Shown: one piece after another, positions 11,474 to 23,695 of the stretch
Layout: each line of letters starts with the position of its first letter
How positions within the stretch are numbered: position 1 is the stretch's first letter
Assembly: GCA_030704615.1 (NCBI GenBank)
Contig: CM060733.1
Coordinates: forward strand, 35,340,001-35,404,000
Direction of reading: 5' to 3'
DNA length: 64,000 nt
Origin: Takakia lepidozioides
Taxonomy: Eukaryota; Plantae; Bryophyta
Notes under the pieces: model-generated
What the model was told of the DNA's origin: nothing
What the model saw: the letters and a program-made list of their open reading frames with translations, nothing else
Databases searched by the model: none
Made by a program: the position numbers and the translations under genes

Positions 11474-13492
11474 GAATGCGGCGCCGCATTTCCGTTAAGT
11501 ACCATCACGAAGCTACACATCCGTACTTGTTGGAAGAAAATGCGGCACCGCATTTCCGTCCCACAGCTCCATGTATGAGATTCAAAAGGGAAATGTGGCG
11601 CCGCATTTCCGTTCTGGAATGTCGAAAGGTGCGATTGGGACGGGAATGAGGCACAACATTTCAGTTCCCGTGGTTCATGATTTTCAATGTGAACGGAAAT
11701 GCGGTACCGCATTTCCGTTCCCACTTCACATACGTTAGTTGATGAATGGAAATGCCGTGCCACATTTCCGTTCGGGAAAGTATAGAGGTCTCACCTGGAC
11801 AGATGCGGTGCCGCATTTCCGGTCTGGAAAGTTTGAAGGTCTCACATGGATGGAAATGCGGCAACACATTTCCGTAGCACAGCTCCAGGCCCCATATACA
11901 AAACGGAAATGCGGCGCCGCATTTCCGTTCTAGAATGTCGGAAGGTGCGACTCGACGGAAATGCGGTGCCGCATTTCTGTTCCCGTTGCGCACGATTTTC
12001 AGTCAGAATGGAAATGCGGTACCGCATTTCCGTTCTGTAGAGTATTAACGTCTGACGCTGGCGGAAATGCTGTGCCGCATTTTCGTTCCACAGCTCCATG
12101 CCTCACATACAAAACGGAAATGCGGCGCCGCATTTCCGTTTTGGAATGTCGGAAGGTGCGACTCCGACGGAAATGCGGTACCGCATTTCAGTTCCGATGT
12201 TTCAGGATATTTCATCAGAACGGAAATGCGGTGCCGCATTTCCCTTTTGAATTAATACATTCCGTTCTGGAATGTTGGGAGTGCGACTCGGAAATGCGTG
12301 CGCGCTGCCGCATTTCAGTTCCGATGGTCACACGATTTCAGTCAGAACGGAAATGCGGTAGCAGCATTTCCGTTCTGGAATGTGTAGGTGCGACTCGGAT
12401 GGAAATGCGCTGCCGCATTTCAGTTCCGATGGTTCACGATTTTCAGTCAGAACGGAAATGCGGTACGCGCATTTCCGTTCTGGAATGTTGGTAGGTGCGA
12501 CTCGGATGGAAATACGCTGCCGCATTTCAGTTCAGATGGTTCACGATTTTCAGTCAGAACGGAAATGCGGTGCCGCATTTCCGTTCTGGATAGTATGAAT
12601 GTCTCAAGCGGTCGGAATTGCGCTGTATGAAGCTGTCGGAATCGCACTCGCTCAGCATCAGATACAAATGGAAATGCGGCGCCGCATTTCCGTTCTGGAA
12701 TGTCGGAAAGTGCGACTCGGACGAAATGCGGTGCCGCATTTCTGTTCCGTTGTTCATAAATCTCAATCAGAACGGAAATGCGGTACCGCATTTCCGTTCC
12801 ACCTTCACAACCGTGCTTGTTGATGAAATGCGTACCGCTTTCCGTTCTGGAGAGTAGAATGTCTTTAAGGACGGAAATGTGCTGCAGCATTTCTATCCCT
12901 CAGCTCCATGCATCAGATACAAAATGGAATGCGGCGCCGCATTTCCGTTCTGAATGTCGGAAAGTGCGACTCGGACGGAAATGCGTGCCGCATTTCTTTC
13001 CCGTTGTCATAATTCTCAATCAGAACGGAAATGCGGTACCGCATTTCCGTTCCACCTTCACATACCGTGCTTGCGTGATGCGTACCGCATTTCGTTCCAT
13101 TCACATGTGAATGAAATGCGCCGCATTCCGTTCTGGAGAGTATGAATGTCTTTTAAGGACGGAAATGTGCCGCAGCATTTCTATCCCTCACTCCATGCAT
13201 CAGATACAAATGGAAATGCGGCGCCGCATTTCGTTCTGAAATGTCGGAAAAGTGCGACTCGGACGGAAATGCGGTGCCGCATTCTGTTCCCGTTGTTCAT
13301 AATCTCATCAGAACGGAAATGCGGTCCGCATTTCCGTTCCACCTTCACATACCGTGCTTGCTGGATGGAAATGCGTTACCGCATTTCCGTTCTGGAGAGT
13401 ATAAGGTTTCCCCCGGACGGAAACTCGGTGCCGCATTTCCGTCGCTCTGGTGCATGACCAAGATGCAATACGGAAATGCGGCGCCGTATTTC
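11474..13492. repeat. 53-bp-periodic array of ~38 22-bp palindromes (GGAAATGCGGYRCCGCATTTCC) with ~5 recurring spacer types
   Basis: GAAATG starts at 11590, 11643, 11696, 11749, 11853, 11906, 11958, 12011, 12064, 12117, 12170 and 12223. The array lies between the divergent ParB-MTase and transposase genes. Confidence 0.95.
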
Positions 13493-13921
13493 CGTCCACC
13501 AGCAATCGAAAGAATCACTCGGACGGGAAATCTGGAACCTCAATGGGTTGCATTGTTCCGAAACAACACAATTGCGGCCAGTCTTGATGAGCACAACTTG
13601 GTTGTCTGACCGTTTTAACCAGCAGTCCTGGCACTTGTCAGTGCGAACGTTCCTGTCTGCACCGAGAATACTGCTGGATCCACCCTCAGGAGAAACTGTC
13701 AGGAGATGTTATTTCGTCGCCGAATCGGCCATCATTGTCATACTCACTGGCTATGGAATCAAACCTCCCACCTTCATGCATGTAGCTTGAAACAATACTT
13801 TCCACTTCAATGTGCGACTTCCAATCGTCGATGGACTCCGCAGATCCACTTAGATGGTGCCTGTGAGCCTTGGTCTGTCGCTATACTGAACCTCGCACTT
13901 GCCAACTCCGTGCGGTGTTCG

Positions 13922-16900
13922 ATGGCTCCGAATTCCTACGCTATAGTTTGCTGTCCTCCGCAACTTGGGAGAGCCTGGATCCCAAACGAGGGAGGACTTT
14001 GCAGAGTGACTGAAACTTACCTTTGTTCCAAATTCAAGCTCAAACCGGGCACAGTTTATTTGGAAGAAGAAAGGAAGGATGTTCCTGGACAGGTTGACGA
14101 GACCATTGTCGTGCTAGGTAACGACGGAGGTTGCGGAATCGAATGGCACGTTCCCCCGTCAGACACCATCCTGTACCGAGCTGTGGGAATGCCCATTCCC
14201 TTTCCGAATCAGTCGCTGCCCACACCATCCACAAAGGAGTCCGGAAACCGAGAGGCGGCCACTGCCAACAGAGAGGTATGCAACGATAATCATTCCCGAC
14301 CTGGACCGTCAAGACCCTCCATAGCTTCTCGTGTGGACGTATTCGACATTTCCGACGAGGAAGATGATTGCATTGAGGTACCCATGTCCTCCACACGGTC
14401 GTTCAAATCCGGCATGGACGTCTCTGTAGGTGCTACGCATGTGCCCTCGAGCATAACTCCAACCCGGTCCATTGTGCAGCTCCTACGACAACATCACCTC
14501 GATGGTTCTCGCTCCGAGCTGGCTGCTCTCGACTATGCCAAATTCCCAGTCAGAAAGGTAACTTTTCTGCCTCCCGAAGTCGATGGCAATGTCATCTTCG
14601 AGTTTCCACCTGTTTCTTCGTCAAACAAAGCCTCCGGGATGTTAACAGACATGGATCGAAAGCATGACGGACACCCCTGGTGTGTGACGAAGACCAGTAG
14701 CACGAAAATTGCTGATGGTGTTCGTGTACGATATGTCCTCTGTGCGGGGAAGCTGAGGTGCCTCAATCCCACCTGCTTCCACTTTCTCTCCAAAGGAGGG
14801 CGGAGAAACGAGACGGATTGGACTGGCACAACGCATCATCCATTCATTGTCTCCAGCCAAGCTCCTGCGGGTTCTTTCAAGTGTGCACATTGCAAAGAAC
14901 CACCGACGTGCATGTCCATGTGCAGAGCCAAGCAATATTACGTAATCCATTTGCTCCCGGACTTGACTAGAGCTTGCATACACGTTGGGGTCCACTGCCA
15001 CCCCTTGGCGAGAGGCAACATGCGTGAGGCTGTGCAGGAAGCACACGACATCATAAAAGAGGAGGTGAAATTGAGCCCCGGAGCCAGACCAAAGCAGATT
15101 CAGCTGAAGGCAGCCCACAAGATTGCTCTTGGCAAAATCATGTCTGAAGATGGTTCCGACCGAGAGCCCTTGACCGAAGACGAGATGCGTGACCTCTTGG
15201 AGTCCGTCTCGCACGTTTGTAGTCCGAATGTGCGGAATCACATCGTATCTTGCAAGCAGGAGTTCGGCAGGGGGTCGGACATGTACTCAATCCTGGAGGT
15301 GAAACGAATGACTGGATATGACTACATCCAAGGTAGCAGGTTTCCAGGGCAAGGCAGCGAATCCGATCGTTGTTACATTTTCAAAATGTCGACGTGTGGG
15401 CCTGGGAGTGGAGTCGACTTGGTCACTCGCATGACAACTGGAAACTTGTCGAATGCTTGGGTGATGTTTGATCACATCAAGCGAATTACAAACCATCAGT
15501 GGGTGACTATGGGTGCGCATGTTTATGACTATCACTCCAAGAGGCTCATGACGATTGCAATCTGCGAGATGAAAGGGGAGGACACACAGTCCGAGATGCA
15601 TCTGTGGGAGGGCATAAACGAGCAGATGGCAAGGGCGGGATTGCCAGAGCCCAATTTCAGGGGATTCATGGCAGACAACGCTCAGGCCAACTGGGCAGCG
15701 GTGCGGCGTGTGTACGGTGAGGACCCCAATGTTCCAATGGAGGGGAAAGAGAGATCCTGTGGATTCCATTGGATGCAGAGTCTATCCCACTACACTACCA
15801 AATTTGTTGCTAGCTCATTCCAGGCTGAACACCGTGTCCTTTGTACGGCGTGGAAGGATGCACCCACATTTGATGACGCGGAGGTTAAGTTTGCTATCAT
15901 CGAGGCTTGGTGGAACACGTCAGGTGCAGTGGAGACAACCAATCTGGGAGCATTGCACAGCTGGTTGGGGTGGTGGCATTTTCGGTATCGACAGTTCGGA
16001 CAGTACATGCGGGAGGTAGGCTGCTGTCATTTCGTTCATTTGTCTTTCTGTTACGGACATTTCGATTGGTCCCTCACCATTGTTTGTGTCCTTCTAGGAG
16101 CGGTGCTTGGATTCCGACACGGACATGCCGAACACGAATATGGCAGAATCGGTCCACTCCTCCTGGCGAGCGTCTTCTGCCGCACATCTGGTGGACGTAG
16201 TGACGGCCACAACGGAGGACATCGACAGAGCAATCATGCAGCAAGCCACGTACTACAAGTTCCTGAGCGGCAAACAATGGGGCTTTGGGCCGGACAGGGA
16301 GGAATTGTTGGTACGAACAGCTTCGAGGTCCAAGAATCCAGTGAAATGGGCGACAGCATTGCGAGAGAAGATCAAAGGGACGCCTCTGCACCGCAGAGGT
16401 GAACACCTAGAGGGGGACGTCCGGACTCGCCCTGTCAGGCGGAGGATTGAAGAGGAACCCGGGTGCGAAGAGGATTCCTGGAGATCCGACAGGAACATTC
16501 GGACAGCACCTCGAGGTCCCGTCATGTTGCCGCACAATGTGTCTTCCAGCAGTGGAAGCCCAAGAAATTCCAGATCGCCGTCGCCTTCAACCGGGGATTT
16601 CGTGCAAAAATTCCCACCGCTCCCTTGCCCCAGATTCCGCCCGCTGTTATGCAGTATGGCCAAGCCATTGTGGAGACGACTGTGTCTGCATCACAGTGGA
16701 GAATTGCTCGCACAAAGCCGTCGTTTCGAGGAAGGTGTTCCGCAATTCGTGTGGATACACGGCAACGTTGTTTAGAGATGATAAGGAGGAATCCAGATGG
16801 GGCTGTCCCTGCTCCTACTTTTACAGGAAGATTTGTCCATGCAAAGTTTGCGGAGGCGACAACCACCCAGTTCTGGTTCTGCAGGCACGACATTATGACT

Positions 16901-17527
16901 TGCGTGTATGGAAAGCCCAAGTACGGCATACAAACAATGCCAGAGGCTCCCCCGGTGTGGCCGGTGGAACCAGGCTGCGATCTGAGTCAGGTTGAGGCCG
17001 ACGCCCTTACCGCCGCAGGATTTCGGATGGTGCAGCGCACTGACGTCCCCAGAGAACCATTTCCGCTTCCACAGCCTCCACCACCGACCCCTGTGAGAGC
17101 AAGAACAATGGGACACGACAGCTCTAAGCATCCTACACACCGTTGGGGGAAACCGAAGAGGCGGCGACCTCCCTCAAAAGTGAACGAGACAAGGATGGGG
17201 AATGCACTTCGGATGAACTGTACAATCCAGAGCTCGACAGAAGTGCCCCCACCAGGATTCGGGCGTGTGTATCAGATGGCCACGGCGGGCTCAGCTGTTC
17301 GCAATGAGGTGTACACCATCACCATTTCAGAATTACCCACCTGCAATTGCACCGACTTCCAGATCATGGCGAACAAGGGGGCATCATACTGCCCTTGCAA
17401 GCATTTGTACTACGTGTACCTAAAGAGACTCCGTTGTAATTCCACAACTCATCACTTCATACATGCACCAGGGTTGAGCCCCCAGGAGGTTCACACTCTT
17501 CTGAATATGGATCCAGGGGACCAGTGA
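13922..17527 (+). CDS. MULE-family transposase: GCM/WRKY-like Zn DNA-binding domain, DDE core, Cys-rich domain, SWIM finger
   Basis: DGHPW...CAGKLRCLNPTC...CAHC...C...GVHCHP; WVMFDH; FMADNAQAN; ERSCGFHW (CxxH). Intron 16016-16097 joins in frame to TNMAESVHSSW (catalytic E). SWIM: CNCTDF...CPCKH. One -1 shift in an A-run near 16606-16610. Confidence 0.88.
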
Positions 17528-18274
17528 GCTTGGCTTGCGGTCCCCATACAATGGTACGCCCATCCTTTTCGGATAGTAGAACTGTACTGCTGCCAGTACC
17601 TCAGACTCTGGCCACAGAAAGGTCCGACATATGTCTTGCCTACCAGTAACCTGTTTTGCTCGAACTAAGATATTACTATATCGTTCACTTGTTTCCACGT
17701 GCATGTATTTTTGTATGTTGGAGGGTTCATGTTTTTCTGCTTTCCGAAAACTTGCTTTCCTCATTCGACCTCCGACAAGGAAATGCGGCGCCGCATTTCC
17801 AAGTATCGTCGTAGGTACCTCCAGAGGCGGCCTTCGCCAACACCAAACCGCTCCGAAATTTCGCACGTGCGAACCCTAATGCGGCACCCTATTTCCCAGT
17901 TCAGTTGCAAACCTTTCCCGCCGAATACCCGAAGAAGACAGAATTGTGAAGTACTGCAGACTGTATTGGTGCAGACTCCATTGGTTCAATCGCGGCAAAA
18001 GGGTCAGCTTCATTCCAATGTTAAGGCATGTAAAACCGCGGAATACTCTATACAGGCCAGTATGCGACGTCCTTTTGCAGTGGTATACTGGATTTCCCGT
18101 TGCACGGTCACTTATTTCCATGAGCGGATCTAAAAAACCATGAGCGGACTTGTTACTGACGACATATCTTCGCCGCATTACATGATCTGGAACGTCCAAA
18201 AACGGCAAGGTCAAATAAAAAACTATTATTTTAATACTTGTTTAATCTGCCGCATTTCCAAATTTGGAGGAGTC

Positions 18275-18378
18275 CGCTCATGAAATCCGCGTATCTTAGA
18301 CTTCGGCTCACCGCTCATGCGGCTCATGCGGCTCATGGCTCATGGCTCATGGTTTCTGCTCATGAAATAGTAAACCTC
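18275..18378 (-). repeat. Right TIR with GCTCATG repeats
   Basis: gctcatgcggctcatgcggctcatggctcatggctcatggtttctgctcatgaaatagtaaacctc, then TSD 18379-18387. Confidence 0.85.
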
Positions 18379-19638
18379 CCTAGCATGTATCGCATGAAGA
18401 TCATGCCTACTCATTTCATTGGTATGGTGGAGGCCTCAAGTAACTCTCCTGATGCGACCTTGAAAGAAGCTCATTGGAGTTCTTAAAAAATATGAGTTTC
18501 CCCAACAAACAAACTTGAATGTAAGGAATTCTTCGATGTTTTGATATCCTCATCATCCGGCTATTGACTCCTACATTTTTTCTGTATGTTGTTTGCAGTT
18601 GCCAGGAACTGGGCTAGTGTTTATTGAAATGACAAAGCGTGCATGTGGCTGTGGACATGATCATCGTGGACGCCCAACAGGAATGCCTGTAACGGGCTGT
18701 TTGGATGGTGTCCAGGTTTTCCCTAGAATGCTTTTTGATAAACGGTATTGGGAGTATGCAATTCTCCATTGCTAATGACTTGTTGTCTACAATGGATGCT
18801 TGGGTTTCTTGGCAGGGCTCCGATGATTCCTTTGCATTGGACTCTTTTTTTACTCCAGGGGCAGCTCTATTTCCGTATTATCAAGGAAATATACTGCATC
18901 AATCACCACCCTCTAACAATCAGACATGAAGGTTAAAAATAATCCCTCTTCATATCTCATTGTTTAATGTTTCATCTTCCTACTCTCATACATATTATGA
19001 AACCATCCGGGTGCCTGTTTTTTGTGGAAAATGCCCGTCCTAACAGACCATGTTCTTCCACGCCCATAGTCCTCACCAAGCAAGGAGGCTATTCAAACTG
19101 CGTGAGTCTGGCAAAGTTGTGGACCCCCTTGCAAGACCCTGTTGAGTTGGATGCCATCTACAATCACATTCCAGATGTTGCACGCCCCATGTCACACTCC
19201 TCAACAAGCCTTGAGGGGTGCGCGAGACCGTAGTTACCCGCCTTCATGCACGTGTTGTGTGAGACAGGCTCACCCCTCCTGGCTCCGCATTTGGATCTCA
19301 CTCACAGCTGGCACATGTTTGCATTGGTCTCCATGTTTGTAATTAAAATCTTTGAGCTGATTCATGATCATTAACTGTTATCCGATATCAGATCATCATT
19401 GCTGTTTTTTTCCTGGCAGGTTCTACATTTAGGCTGCCGCGAGGCTGGACGTCACGTATTTGGTCTTGAGGGGGACCAGACGTTTGTATGCAGCACGTCT
19501 TCTGCACTTCAAAATACTCAACCCGTTTTGGTTTCATCTGTGGTAACTCCAACCATTCAACGTCCTGTGAGTTTGTTGGAACCCCCCGCTCCTAAGGTGG
19601 CGCGCAAGCTTGGTCTTCATCTCGGCAGTACTTCCTAG
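18379..19638 (+). pseudogene. ParB-MTase fusion gene, outer copy, 3' (methyltransferase) part, frameshifted
   Basis: Continues as PSMYRMKIMPTHF; VDMIIVDA/PTGMPVTG (~18651-18695, cf. CDMIILDIPDGEPVEG); PAFMHVLCE...LDL/TAGT (~19235-19315); GCREAGRHVFGLEGD (~19431-19476). Confidence 0.75.
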
Positions 19639-20352
19639 TGAGTATGTCTCGCCTCCATTCCCTTTGTTGCAATCTCTATATTATTTGCAAAGCAAACCAT
19701 TCCCATTTGATTTGTTAACATAAGTATACATGTATGTGTGATGCAGTGATGGGATTGTGCGGACCATCTACGATAGTCTACCCCAAAGTCCTCTTTCATC
19801 GTTTTATCTACCTTCGTTGTGGGTTCTATCTCTGATGGACATTATGTTTTTGTAAAATAAAAATGTTTCAGAAGATAGATATATAGATACTGCAAAACCT
19901 ATGTAACAAAGCTCCCTAGCATTGTCAAGCTCCCTAGCATTCCCTTAGCATTGCTCCATTCTAAACTTCAAACTAGACTCCCACCATTGGAAGAGCCCGT
20001 ACCTTCACCATTTGTATCTAACAAGGAGCCGTGCCTCGTCACTTTTTAATTTTTCGACCTTTTTTCTCATGTTGGAAAGCCATAAAAGCAACATGTTGCT
20101 CTCCCATTCCTACACTCACCCATGTGGAATAATAATACAATGAATATGGAATATTCTATATAGAATATTCTTATTCCATCCTTTGATATTTTGACTATGG
20201 ACCCTAAGATTAGATGAATCACAATTTTTATTTTATTTTTGGGTACCCTTATTTAAGTGTTGTGCATATAAAATTGTTCCTATGCATATCTAAAATTTGT
20301 ATGCACGCATACATTCCTCCATATGCATGCATTTGTGTGCGCATATAGTATA

Positions 20353-20830
20353 GGCTACCTCGACTCCGACACTGACATGCCGACAACAAACATGGCCGAA
20401 TCAGTACATTCTTCCTGGCGTGCCTCCTCTGCGGCGCATCTGGTGGACATCCTCACTGCCACAACGGAGGACATTGTCAGGTCAATTATGCAGCAATGCA
20501 GGTACAACGAGTTCTTGAAAGGGAAACAGTGGGGCTTGGGGCCGGACAGGCAGGAAATGCTGATGCAGACTGCCTCCAGATCGAAGAATTCTCGCAAGTG
20601 GGCGACAGCCTTGCGAGAGGGCCTTCGGGGCACGCCATTGCTTCGAAGTGGCCAACACTTGAAAGGAGATGTTCACACCCGTCCAGTGAGACGAAGACTT
20701 GACGAGGCACCTGGCGGAGAAGAGGATTCATGGCGAGCTGACAAGAATATTTGCACGCTCCCTCGTGGTCCCGTGATGTTGCCCGAGGAGGTCTCGTCGA
20801 GCACCGCAAGTCCGATGTCTGAAAAAATGG
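20353..20830 (+). pseudogene. MULE transposase exon-2 fragment
   Basis: LDSDTDMPTTNMAESVHSSWRASSAAHLVD...PRGPVMLP is closely similar to 16098-16530 and starts at a splice acceptor. The SWIM domain and exon 1 are missing. Confidence 0.85.
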
Positions 20831-20879
20831 CACCGAATCTCCAGTTACATGGCCCAAGAACTACCCAACATCTGTGCAA

Positions 20880-21307
20880 TCCCGGGCACCATGTACCGAA
20901 ATTCGACACCACATTTCCAAATTTTGGGCTTACACACCTGCCATGTTGGGACCTATAGCCGCGAAATTCGGCACCATTTTTCGCCGGAGACACCTATTAC
21001 CGCGAAATATGTCGCAGCTTTTTCCGATTGCGGAACCTATTACCGCGAAATTCGGCGCCATTTTTGCAGATGTCGCTCGGAATTCGCATGAGCGGAAGAC
21101 GAAATATCATGAGCACGGCTCTCAAAACTACAATTTGTACTTCAAACAATGAATATTATATTGGGTTTTTTTTACACATTCCATTAACAATAATGTTTTT
21201 TAATGTTTTTTATTTCCAAAATTTGTACTTCTGCTCATGAAAACCGATTGTCTTGCTACTCCGCTCATGCCGCTCATGCCGCTCATGCTCGTGAAATAGC
21301 TAACCTC
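20880..21307 (+). mobile_element. Right terminus of a related (outer or deleted) MULE
   Basis: GCTCATGCC repeats ending GCTCGTGAAATAGCTAACCTC, matching the inner right end GCTCATGAAATAGTAAACCTC; subterminal CGCGAAATTCGGC motifs. Confidence 0.75.
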
Positions 21308-21849
21308 TCCCCGTGTGGTCCCCTGACTGCGTATGAGAAGCTAAGGGAGACCTGCATTGCTCGCAACAAAGAGGTTGAGGCGGAGTTGTTTGGTTCGCAC
21401 CCACTGTGAGTATACTGAGAGGCGGCTCACCCTAGTGTTGTGGCCGCTATCTCGCAGGAGAGCATTCCACCTCAACCGAAGTGCTCAACTGACCCGAATA
21501 CTTTAGTTTGGGGTTGTCAGACATCGCATTGCAGGGGCTTGTCATTAGGGTTTTTTTTTTAAATGTGAGAGGTTTACGGTTTAGCCTGAAATTGCCCGCA
21601 TTCTTGTCTTTAGGGTCTACGAGTTTTCCTAGATTCCCAGTGTTGGGATTGCATTGCTAAGTACACAGAATGATGGTTGTGAGGCGTCGCCTATCTCCAC
21701 ACTATCATGGCGCACCATGAAGAGAGCGGGATTGGTTAATTTCTTCATGGGGCGAGGCTTGCAGGCTTGTTGCTCCGAAACCAAAGCGTGCTTGCCATCG
21801 ACCTCCACTACCCACGGGACCACCCAGACGCAGTGGAAGGCTAGAAACA

Positions 21850-23695
21850 ATGGCCGACGAGGCACGGCAGTACGTAGACGAAGAGGAGGAGGAGGATTTG
21901 TTGTGTGTCCCTGCGGGCGAGCACGCTGGCGATTCTAGCAAAGATGTCCTTCGCCACCCAGCTCCTGCACCCTCGCTTCCCCAGAAACGCCCGTCGCCGG
22001 CAAAATCACCATCTGTAAGCACCTGCTCACTATGACGCCACATCTTCAGCATTTCTATGCATTGACATGCTGAGCATACCCATGAAGGAAGCATGCAAAT
22101 GTATAGAACGTGTCTGAGACTTTCTTAGCATTCCAGGATGTAAATGCACTTCCCACACAGAAGAGGTTGAAAGGTGGAAGCCACAGAAAATCTGGCAGTG
22201 GACGTGGCACAACTTTGAATGCAATCACATTTGGAAAGTTCTCACTTTGGGATTTCACATTGGGGAGATGGCATTGCTGGAGAAATTTTCATGTAGCAAG
22301 GAAGGGATGCCCGAGCATATAGGCAGTGAAACCCCACAATGGGATAGGAAATCAAGCCCTTTTGCTATATCTTCATCGTGTACACAGTTTGGGTTAAAGT
22401 CAAAGGCTCTTACTAAGAGGTTGATACACAGTGATGTTTCTGTTTACAACTAAAATGCAATGTCCATTCAAATGAGTCCATCTACCCACTGATGCAAGAG
22501 TATGCACGCTTTGATACAAGCATGCCAATGGTTTGTGAGGTCTCCCCACTAGGTAGGCTTTGGAATTGGCCATGTAGATTTGGCTCAGCCCCCACTTTTC
22601 AAGTTGGGTAAACAGAAGTATGGGGCACCTGATGAGTCTAAGGGGATGAGGACCTGCTCATAGTAGGATGAGTACAATCAAAGCATTAAAATGGCAAGTG
22701 CACGGCGTTAATTTTTTTTAAGTTGCCATGATTTCATTTGAATGCTTTGATTGACTTTAATGTTTGAATTGGTTTTTATTCTGTGCAGGCCAGGAAGAGG
22801 CGAGCTTCCATCGAAGGCGCTGCAGCTGTGGTGGGCAGTCCATCGGGGCGGGGGTTGTTCAAACAAGTCCCCAGGCGCAGCACGACCACCTCCACGACCT
22901 ATTCCACAGTACCCTCCGTACACACATTACCCACATGCCTACCCCACCCCCGATCAGTATGGCGCTGCGGACCCTTACAACCCGCACATCCAATACAAGC
23001 CCCCTCCAGGTGGTTACCCACAGCAGCCATATGCCCATTCTCCTCCACCTATTCCCCCTTACCTCCCAGACCCACATGCTTACCCGGCATCTACACGTCC
23101 ACCATACGAACCTTTTGGGCCATACGGTGGGCGATACCGTCCCGCCCCCATTCCCCATGGCAACCCCCAGCTGCCCCACCACCTGAGGAGGCAAAGGAAG
23201 ACATCCCTATGACCAAGAAGGAGCGAGCTAATGCTTTGAGGCGGGCGAACATGCGAGCCAGGGCACAGGCAATCCGAAACCATGATGCGCGAGAGGAAGA
23301 TGGACTCCCCCCTCAAGTGCTTCCGGTTGACAAAGCTGGAGAGCCCATTGGACCAGCACACAATACCTGGCATGCAGCCCTGAAAGGCCAGATGTGACGT
23401 TTGTGTGACATGTCAATGCATATTGCAGCGCAGGATGAATCTGTCATTGAAGAAATATACAGGATTCTAAACTCTACATTTGCGTACACGCCACGTGGTC
23501 TTGACTATGAGCACATGAGGAAGACACTTGGCATTGCTTTGAAAACCCAAAGACACGAGATCCATGCACTGTACAAGGCAGGCGAGGGGGGCCTGCGCAT
23601 CTGAAGGAAGCTCATTGGGACAGGCTGGTATCGTATTGGCAGACAGCAGGATTCAGTGCAAAAAGTGCCCTCATGAAGGTTGCAAATTCATCAAT
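21850..23695 (+). pseudogene. CACTA TnpA-like (Ptta/En/Spm) gene, 5' part, with Pro/Tyr-rich low-complexity exon
   Basis: LPVDKAGEPIGPAHNTWHAALKG...HLKEAHWDRLVSYWQTAGFSAKSALMKVAN resembles the W..LV.YW....KS..K.N block of plant Ptta/En/Spm proteins; contains a stop and frameshifts. Confidence 0.6.

Larger units (their letters stand above)
2680..18378 (+). mobile_element. Complete 15.7-kb Mutator/MULE-family DNA transposon with cargo genes
   Basis: 9-bp TSD; imperfect TIRs (left GGCTGCTATTTCATGAGC..., right reverse complement GAGGTTTACTATTTCATGAGC...) followed by CATGAGC repeats; internal DDE+SWIM transposase. Confidence 0.92.

Noticed and set aside
11474-13492. CRISPR array (palindromic repeat with constant-length spacers)
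   Set aside because: Spacers recur cyclically as ~5 types rather than being unique, no cas genes are present, the context is eukaryotic, and the same palindrome is scattered singly in introns.
11220-13790. Many overlapping ORFs with EMRRRIS/KCGAAF/GNAAPHF motifs (also 5040-5901)
   Set aside because: These are six-frame translations of the palindrome, not proteins.
19910-19957. CTCCCTAGCATT repeats resembling the MULE junction/TSD
   Set aside because: Short local tandem repeat with no adjacent TIR; probably coincidental.
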